A stretch of DNA of 64,000 nucleotides from an uncultured delta proteobacterium (GTDB lineage Bacteria > Myxococcota_A > UBA9160 > UBA4427): the NCBI GenBank assembly GCA_963822965.1, contig CAWGJT010000012.1, forward strand, positions 416,001-480,000, in the 5' to 3' direction. The notes beneath the pieces were generated by a model, which worked only from the letters and a program-made list of their open reading frames with translations, ran no database searches and was not told where the DNA came from. This document shows, piece by piece, positions 58,607-64,000 of the stretch (within the stretch, counting starts at the first letter, position 1; each line of letters begins with the position of its first letter). Made by a program: the position numbers and the translations under genes.

Positions 58607-59419
58607 GTGAACTCCCTCGACCCGACCGCGTTCCTGCGGAAGGGCTGGCACGACCGCCATCTGATCCGGCGGCTCGCGTGGCGCGCCGTCGAGACCCGCT
58701 ACCGGGGCTCGGTGCTGGGCCTCCTGTGGGCCTTCGTGCAGCCGCTCATGATGCTCGGCGTCTACACGTTCGTGTTCTCGGTGGTGTTCGAGAGCCGCTG
58801 GGAGATCGGCGAGGGCGACCACGCGCAGTTCGCGCTCTACCTCTTCTCGGGTCTCGCCCTGTACACGATCTTCGCCGACTGCGTGAACCGCGCCCCGGGC
58901 CTGGTGCGGGCCAACCGCACCTACATCACGCAGATCCGCTTCCCGGTGGAGGTCCTGTGCTGGGCGAGCCTGTGCGAGGCGCTGGTGAACTTCGGCTTCT
59001 CGGCGACGATCCTGGCGGTGGGCTACGCGCTCGTGATCGGCATGCCGCCGCTCTCGTGGCTCTACGTGCCGCTCATCCTGGTGCCCCTGCTGCTGCTCAC
59101 GGTGGGGACCAGCTGGTTCCTGTCTTCCCTGGGCGTCTATCTCGAGGACATCTCCCAGGTGGTGGCCGTCTTCACCACCGCGCTCCTCTTCCTGAGCCCC
59201 ATCTTCTACTCGCCCGCGCGCATTCCCGAGGCCTTCCGGGGCTTGTACTTCCTGAATCCCCTGGCGCACCTGCTCGAGATGTCGAAGGGGCCGCTCTTCC
59301 ACGGGCGGGCGCCGGACTGGCCGCTGCTCGCCGGGCTCACCCTGGGCTCGTGGCTCTTCGCCTGGGCGGGGCACCTGTGGTTCACACGCACCCAGAAGGG
59401 CTTCGCCGATGTCCTCTGA
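58607..59419 (+). CDS. wzm: Polysaccharide ABC exporter permease
   Basis: TRYRGSVLGLLWAFVQP, FLSPIFYS, LNPL, C-terminal KGFADVL. Confidence 0.92.
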   Translation: MNSLDPTAFLRKGWHDRHLIRRLAWRAVETRYRGSVLGLLWAFVQPLMMLGVYTFVFSVVFESRWEIGEGDHAQFALYLFSGLALYTIFADCVNRAPGLVRANRTYITQIRFPVEVLCWASLCEALVNFGFSATILAVGYALVIGMPPLSWLYVPLILVPLLLLTVGTSWFLSSLGVYLEDISQVVAVFTTALLFLSPIFYSPARIPEAFRGLYFLNPLAHLLEMSKGPLFHGRAPDWPLLAGLTLGSWLFAWAGHLWFTRTQKGFADVL

Positions 59420-60773
59420 GCGGGCGCCCGGCGAGATCGCCATCCACGCGAGGGGGCTCGGCAAGACGTATCACGTCTACGCGCGTCCAGCGCACCGGCT
59501 GCGGGAGATGCTGCGCCTGGGCCGGGGACCCTTCCACCGCGACTTCCACGCCCTGCGCGGCGTCGACCTGGACGTCCGGCGCGGCGAGACCTTCGGGGTG
59601 ATCGGCCGCAACGGCTCGGGCAAGTCGACGCTCCTCAAACTCGTGTGCGGCCTGCTCGACAAGAGCGCCGGCGAGCTGGACGTCCGCGGCCACCTGGCGC
59701 CGATCCTCACCCTCGGCACCGGCTTCGACCCGGCCTTCACGGGGCGCGAGAACGCGGTGCTGAACGCCGCCATCCTCGGGCTTCCCGACGGCGAGATCGC
59801 GTCGCGGCTGGACGCCATCCGGGCCTTCGCGGACATCGGCGACTTCTTCGACCAGCCCGTGCAGTCCTACTCGAGCGGCATGTACGCCCGTCTCGCCTTC
59901 GCCGTCGCCATCCACTCCGACCCCGACATCCTCGTGGTGGACGAGGTGCTCGCGGTGGGCGACGAGCTCTTCACGCGCAAGTGCGCGGCGCGCATCGAGG
60001 AGATCAAGTCGCAGGGCGCCACGATCCTCTTCGTCTCCCACGCGTCGAATCTGATCCTCGAGCTGTGCGACCGGGTGCTGCTGCTCGAGCACGGGGAGCC
60101 CCTGCGCACGGGCGACCCCAAGACGGTGCTCGGCTGCTACCAGAAGCTGCTGCATGCCCCGCTCCACGAGCAGCCGCGGATCGCCGCCGAGATCCGGAGC
60201 GGCGCCACCGCGAGCCCCGCGTCCACCGGAACCGAGACCGCCGGAGCACCGGTCTCCCAAGACGCGGCCTACTGGGTGCCCGAGCTGGTCCCGGAGAGCA
60301 CCGTCCACTACGAGAGCCACGGCGCGCACATCGACGACGCCCGGATCCTCGACGCGAACGGACGCCGCGTGAACGTGCTCGTGCCCGGCGAGACCTACGT
60401 CTACGCCTACGACGTCACGTTCTCGAAGCCGGCCGGGGGCGTGCGCTTCGGCATGATGATCAAGCTCGTCACGGGCTTCGAGCTGGCGGGGCAGACCTCC
60501 CATCGGGAGGACCGGCCGATTCCCCAGATCGCGGCGGGCAGCCGGGTACAGGTGCGCTTCCGCTTCCGTCCGGCGCTCGCCGCGGGGGCCTACTTCCTGA
60601 ACGCCGGCGTGCTGGGACTGGGTGACGCGGGAGAGCGCTTCCTGCACCGGATCGTGGACGCCACCATGTTCCGCATCGAGCGGGCGCGCACGCCGCTCAG
60701 CACGGGCTACGTGGACCTCTCCCTGCAGGAGCCGGCCGAGATCGTCATCGAGCCGCCCGCGGAAGATCGCTGA
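59409..60773 (+). CDS. wzt: Polysaccharide ABC exporter ATPase with Wzt C-terminal domain
   Basis: GRNGSGKSTLL, YSSGMYARLAFA, VVDEVLAVGD, VSH; C-terminal beta-sandwich region. Confidence 0.93.
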   Translation: MSSERAPGEIAIHARGLGKTYHVYARPAHRLREMLRLGRGPFHRDFHALRGVDLDVRRGETFGVIGRNGSGKSTLLKLVCGLLDKSAGELDVRGHLAPILTLGTGFDPAFTGRENAVLNAAILGLPDGEIASRLDAIRAFADIGDFFDQPVQSYSSGMYARLAFAVAIHSDPDILVVDEVLAVGDELFTRKCAARIEEIKSQGATILFVSHASNLILELCDRVLLLEHGEPLRTGDPKTVLGCYQKLLHAPLHEQPRIAAEIRSGATASPASTGTETAGAPVSQDAAYWVPELVPESTVHYESHGAHIDDARILDANGRRVNVLVPGETYVYAYDVTFSKPAGGVRFGMMIKLVTGFELAGQTSHREDRPIPQIAAGSRVQVRFRFRPALAAGAYFLNAGVLGLGDAGERFLHRIVDATMFRIERARTPLSTGYVDLSLQEPAEIVIEPPAEDR

Positions 60774-63700
60774 CCTCGTCCGGCGCCTGCACCATGCTGC
60801 GAGCGCCGATGGAGGCCCGCAGCAGGTGCGCCTCGAACTGCGCGCACATGTTCTCGACCGACAGCCCGCGTACGCTGGCGTGCCCGCGCCGGGCGACGTC
60901 GCGCCGGGCCGCGCCGTCGCTCACGAGCCCGACCAGCGCCTCGCTCACCGCCTCGGGGAGGTTCTTCACCAGGACGGCGGTGCCCGTGTCTTCGAGCAGG
61001 GCGCGGACACCCGGCTGGTCGAGCTCCACCGCCACACAGCCCGAGGCCATGGCTTCGAACATCACCGTGGAGGCGTTGGTCTCCGAGAACGAGAGATGCA
61101 CGTCGGCGTCCCGCATGGCGGCGGCGAGGGCCGCGGGGCCGAGGACGCCCAGGTTCTGGTACGGGAAGGGAAGGTCCCGCTCCCGCTCCATGCCGTAGAG
61201 CCGGATCACCACGCCGGGACATCGCTCGTGCAGCCGTTCCAGCGCCGCCACACCGAGATCGAAGCAGCGCCGCGGAATCTCGGGACGCGCGAAGAAGAGG
61301 ACGCTGCACGCGCCGGCGCCCTCGTCCGCCGCCACTTCCGCGAGCTTTCGTTCCACGGCCTCGGGATCGGCGAAGAACTCGTCCGCCAGCGCGAAATCCA
61401 CGTGCTCGTAGGCGATGCCGTTGCGCTCGCCCAGCCGGTCGGCGAGGTAGCGCCCGATGGAGACGATGCGCAGGGGCAGGTCGTAGGTGGCCTCCGCGGC
61501 CTGGTGGAGCCCGTCCGTCTCCTCGTAGAAGTCGGGCTCCCAGTCCTGCACGAAATAGGCCTTGAGGGCCGTGTTCTCGAGGCCGTCGACCACGTGGGCG
61601 GTCGGCCAGTTGGTGGCCACGGCGACGTCCGAGGTGCGGATGGCGTCGTGGCCCACCCGGATGCGGGCCGCGCTGCGCCCGAAGTGCTCGTGGCAGTAGC
61701 GCTCGATCTCGACGTCCGTGAGGCCTTCCAGGTGGGCGATCGGCTCGACGTACACGTCCACCTCGTGACCGTGGTCCGCCAGGTGATTCGCGATCTGGAA
61801 GATCTTCTTGTAGCCGCCGCCAGTCTGCCCGATGGGCGCGCGCAGGATCCAGGCCACCCGGAGCCGGCGCTCGTGACGGGCGGCGTGACCCACGAGGTCG
61901 GCCCAGGCGGCGCTCTGGCGGGCCGCCGCGGCGCGGGTGGCGTAGCGCGCGAGTACGTCGCGCCGGGCGCGACGTCCGATTCGCTCACGCAGCCCGCGGT
62001 CCTCCACCAACGACCGCAGGCTCGCGTACCACTCCGGCTCCGAGGCGCACAGGAAGCCGGTCTCGCCGTGCTCGATGGCCACCTCGAAGGCGCCCACCCG
62101 GGAGGCCACCGTGGGCACCCCCAGGAGACCCGCCTCGAGGTACTTGAGCTCGCTCTTCGCGGCGGTGAAGCGATTGTCCGACTCCAGGGGGGCGAGGTTC
62201 ACGTCCATCTCGCGGTACAGGGCCGGCAGCCGACGCCATTCCATGAAGGGGTGTCGCTCGATCCGGTGCGCGAAGCGTTCCAGCTCGGCGGGCACGTCGA
62301 TGTGCCCCACGAGCACCAGGCGCGCATGCCGATGCTCGTCGAGGATGCGCGCGAGAGCCGGCACGCACTCGGCGAAGTCGCGCCGGTGGGTGCGGGTGCC
62401 GCTGAAGTAGGCGAGGCGCACGAGTCGGTCCGGGGGTGGCTCCTGCAGGAGGGCCTCGTCGGCGCCTCGGCGCATGGCCTCGCTCACGCGGTTGCGCAGC
62501 AGGGCCACGGATTTCTCCGGGAAGATGTCCTCCACCGCCTCCGCGAGAGCGTTCGTGCTGACGGCGACGCGCTCGCACAGCGCCAGCGCACGCCGATAGC
62601 GCTTCACGCCGTCGATGAAGAGCGCGCGCTCGTCCTCGTCCATGTGCACGACGGCGTCGATCTGGTCGATGCCGTCGGGGTCGAAGACCAGATCGTCCGT
62701 GTCGAAGACCACGGCCACGCCGGAGCGGCGCGCGTGCGCCACGAACTTCTCGAAGTCGGGCGTGTGGGGCACCCGGTGGGCCACGACCACTTGGTAGTCG
62801 TGCAGCAGCCAGTCCCAGGGGAAGGTGTCCGGCGGATACACGTCCGCCGTGTAGCCGGCGAAGCGCAGGATCTCGGCGGCGTGCTCGCAGCGGTAGCGAT
62901 AGGCGTCGCCCGGGCAGCCGCTCACGAAGGCGAAGCTCTTGTGCCGCTCGAAGCCGGCGGGCGGGTTGAAGACGAGCGCGAGCGCGTGGTCCGCCAGCGC
63001 CTGCCCCGCCTCCGACAGGATGCGCCCCGGGTAGTAGGCCGGCGCGCAGGCGACGGTCACGGTCTCGTCGGGCCGGCCGTCGAGGGACTCGATCTCGCAG
63101 ACGAGCCGCCTCCGATCTGCGCGCCACAGAGGCGCCGGCAGCTGGATGCGCGCCATCCGGCCGTCCTCGATCCGGTCGCCTTCGAGCACCTCCTCGTGCA
63201 GCAGGCGCCCCGGCAGCAGCCGGCCCGCGCGCTCTTCGAGCAGACGCACCCGCACGCGCGTCTCGTTGAGCTTGCGGTACGTGAAGAAGTAGATCCCGAG
63301 GGCCGTGAGCTCGGGGACGGAGACCCGGAACCCCTGGCGGAACGGCTCGCCCGGAAGCAGCTCGCTCCCCGGCCGGAGCCGGGCGGTGTCCAGCTGCGGG
63401 GCCGGCAGCGGTCCGCCGCCTCGAAGCTGCTTCGCCCAACGCAACGGCCGGGTGAGCCGCCAGGAGCGCGACCCGTACAGCTGGTCGAGGGTCTGATGGT
63501 GGATGGCGAGCTCTGCGCGGACCCCGGACAGCTCGTGGGCGAGGATGCGGTTGCTCTCCGCCTGCTGGGCGAGATCCCGCTCGCGGTCCCGCAGTGCGTC
63601 CGTCCGGCGCCGCAGATCGCCGCGCAGGGCTTCGAGATCTTGCTCGAGCCCGGCCGCCTCGGTATCCCGCTGGGCCAGCTCGTCCTTCCGCCGCCGCAGC

Positions 63701-64000
63701 GCCTCGTCGGCGACGCGAACCTGCTGCGCCTGCCGCTGGGAGGACTCGCGCAGGGCCGCCACCTCGTCCTCCAGCCCGCGCAGGCGATCGGCCCGGGAGG
63801 CGACCTCGTGCTGCTGACGCGACAGCTCGGCCTGCAGCACGGCCCGCTCGGAAGATGCGTCGTCCAGCGCCGCTCGCGCGCCGGCGAGCTCCCGTTCCAG
63901 GGCTGCGTTCCGGGCCGCGAGGACCTGGGCCTCGGCGGCCTGCCTCCCCAGCTCGATGTGTGCGTCCCGATGCTCGGCCCGTAGGCGCGAGGCCTCCGCG
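60745..64000 (-). CDS. Multidomain glycosyltransferase: long coiled coil plus two GT-B modules (5' end beyond window)
   Basis: Frame open to the window end; coiled coil ending SRSWRLTRPLR; module 1 YRCEH, FDTDDL, KSELKYLEAG; module 2 WsaF-like GGYKKIF, ATNWPTA, YFVQDWEPDF, FEAMASG. Confidence 0.88.
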   Translation of the reverse strand, partial: AEASRLRAEHRDAHIELGRQAAEAQVLAARNAALERELAGARAALDDASSERAVLQAELSRQQHEVASRADRLRGLEDEVAALRESSQRQAQQVRVADEALRRRKDELAQRDTEAAGLEQDLEALRGDLRRRTDALRDRERDLAQQAESNRILAHELSGVRAELAIHHQTLDQLYGSRSWRLTRPLRWAKQLRGGGPLPAPQLDTARLRPGSELLPGEPFRQGFRVSVPELTALGIYFFTYRKLNETRVRVRLLEERAGRLLPGRLLHEEVLEGDRIEDGRMARIQLPAPLWRADRRRLVCEIESLDGRPDETVTVACAPAYYPGRILSEAGQALADHALALVFNPPAGFERHKSFAFVSGCPGDAYRYRCEHAAEILRFAGYTADVYPPDTFPWDWLLHDYQVVVAHRVPHTPDFEKFVAHARRSGVAVVFDTDDLVFDPDGIDQIDAVVHMDEDERALFIDGVKRYRRALALCERVAVSTNALAEAVEDIFPEKSVALLRNRVSEAMRRGADEALLQEPPPDRLVRLAYFSGTRTHRRDFAECVPALARILDEHRHARLVLVGHIDVPAELERFAHRIERHPFMEWRRLPALYREMDVNLAPLESDNRFTAAKSELKYLEAGLLGVPTVASRVGAFEVAIEHGETGFLCASEPEWYASLRSLVEDRGLRERIGRRARRDVLARYATRAAAARQSAAWADLVGHAARHERRLRVAWILRAPIGQTGGGYKKIFQIANHLADHGHEVDVYVEPIAHLEGLTDVEIERYCHEHFGRSAARIRVGHDAIRTSDVAVATNWPTAHVVDGLENTALKAYFVQDWEPDFYEETDGLHQAAEATYDLPLRIVSIGRYLADRLGERNGIAYEHVDFALADEFFADPEAVERKLAEVAADEGAGACSVLFFARPEIPRRCFDLGVAALERLHERCPGVVIRLYGMERERDLPFPYQNLGVLGPAALAAAMRDADVHLSFSETNASTVMFEAMASGCVAVELDQPGVRALLEDTGTAVLVKNLPEAVSEALVGLVSDGAARRDVARRGHASVRGLSVENMCAQFEAHLLRASIGARSMVQAPDEVSDLPRAAR

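Overview
A very GC-rich, gene-dense chromosomal segment from a diderm bacterium. LolA, a BamA/TamA-type barrel, PEP-CTERM proteins and a TIGR02266-like PilZ protein suggest a Myxococcota/deltaproteobacterial-type host (inference). The standout is a complete actinobacterial-style Pup-proteasome operon on the minus strand (arc/mpa-dop-pup(GGQ)-prcB-prcA-pafA). It is followed by a translationally coupled membrane coiled-coil gene and a stand-alone mreB, and is preceded by a sigma70-like promoter and a ~750-nt, densely base-paired, apparently non-coding leader that I cannot match to a known RNA. Other highlights: (1) a cobalamin riboswitch upstream of a small PEP-CTERM protein resembling DUF4430/transcobalamin-like B12-binding domains; (2) class II RNR nrdJ with NrdR-like boxes and a ~740-nt leader containing a 180-nt A-free tract; (3) a sigma54/IHF-type promoter on a small secreted orphan; (4) a wzm/wzt locus with a coiled-coil multi-glycosyltransferase. 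The rest is mostly housekeeping (mltG, ftsK, lolA, ssb, radC, ECF sigma/anti-sigma, moaC, lgt, ETF-QO, sppA, npdG, hisN, glnE, gor, nth, cysE). Several genes (pafA, lolA, ETF-QO, PP2C, a helicase and one hypothetical) carry 1-nt frameshifts, most plausibly long-read assembly errors. I saw no CRISPR array, rRNA, tRNA or transposase. All family calls are from motif recognition, not database searches.
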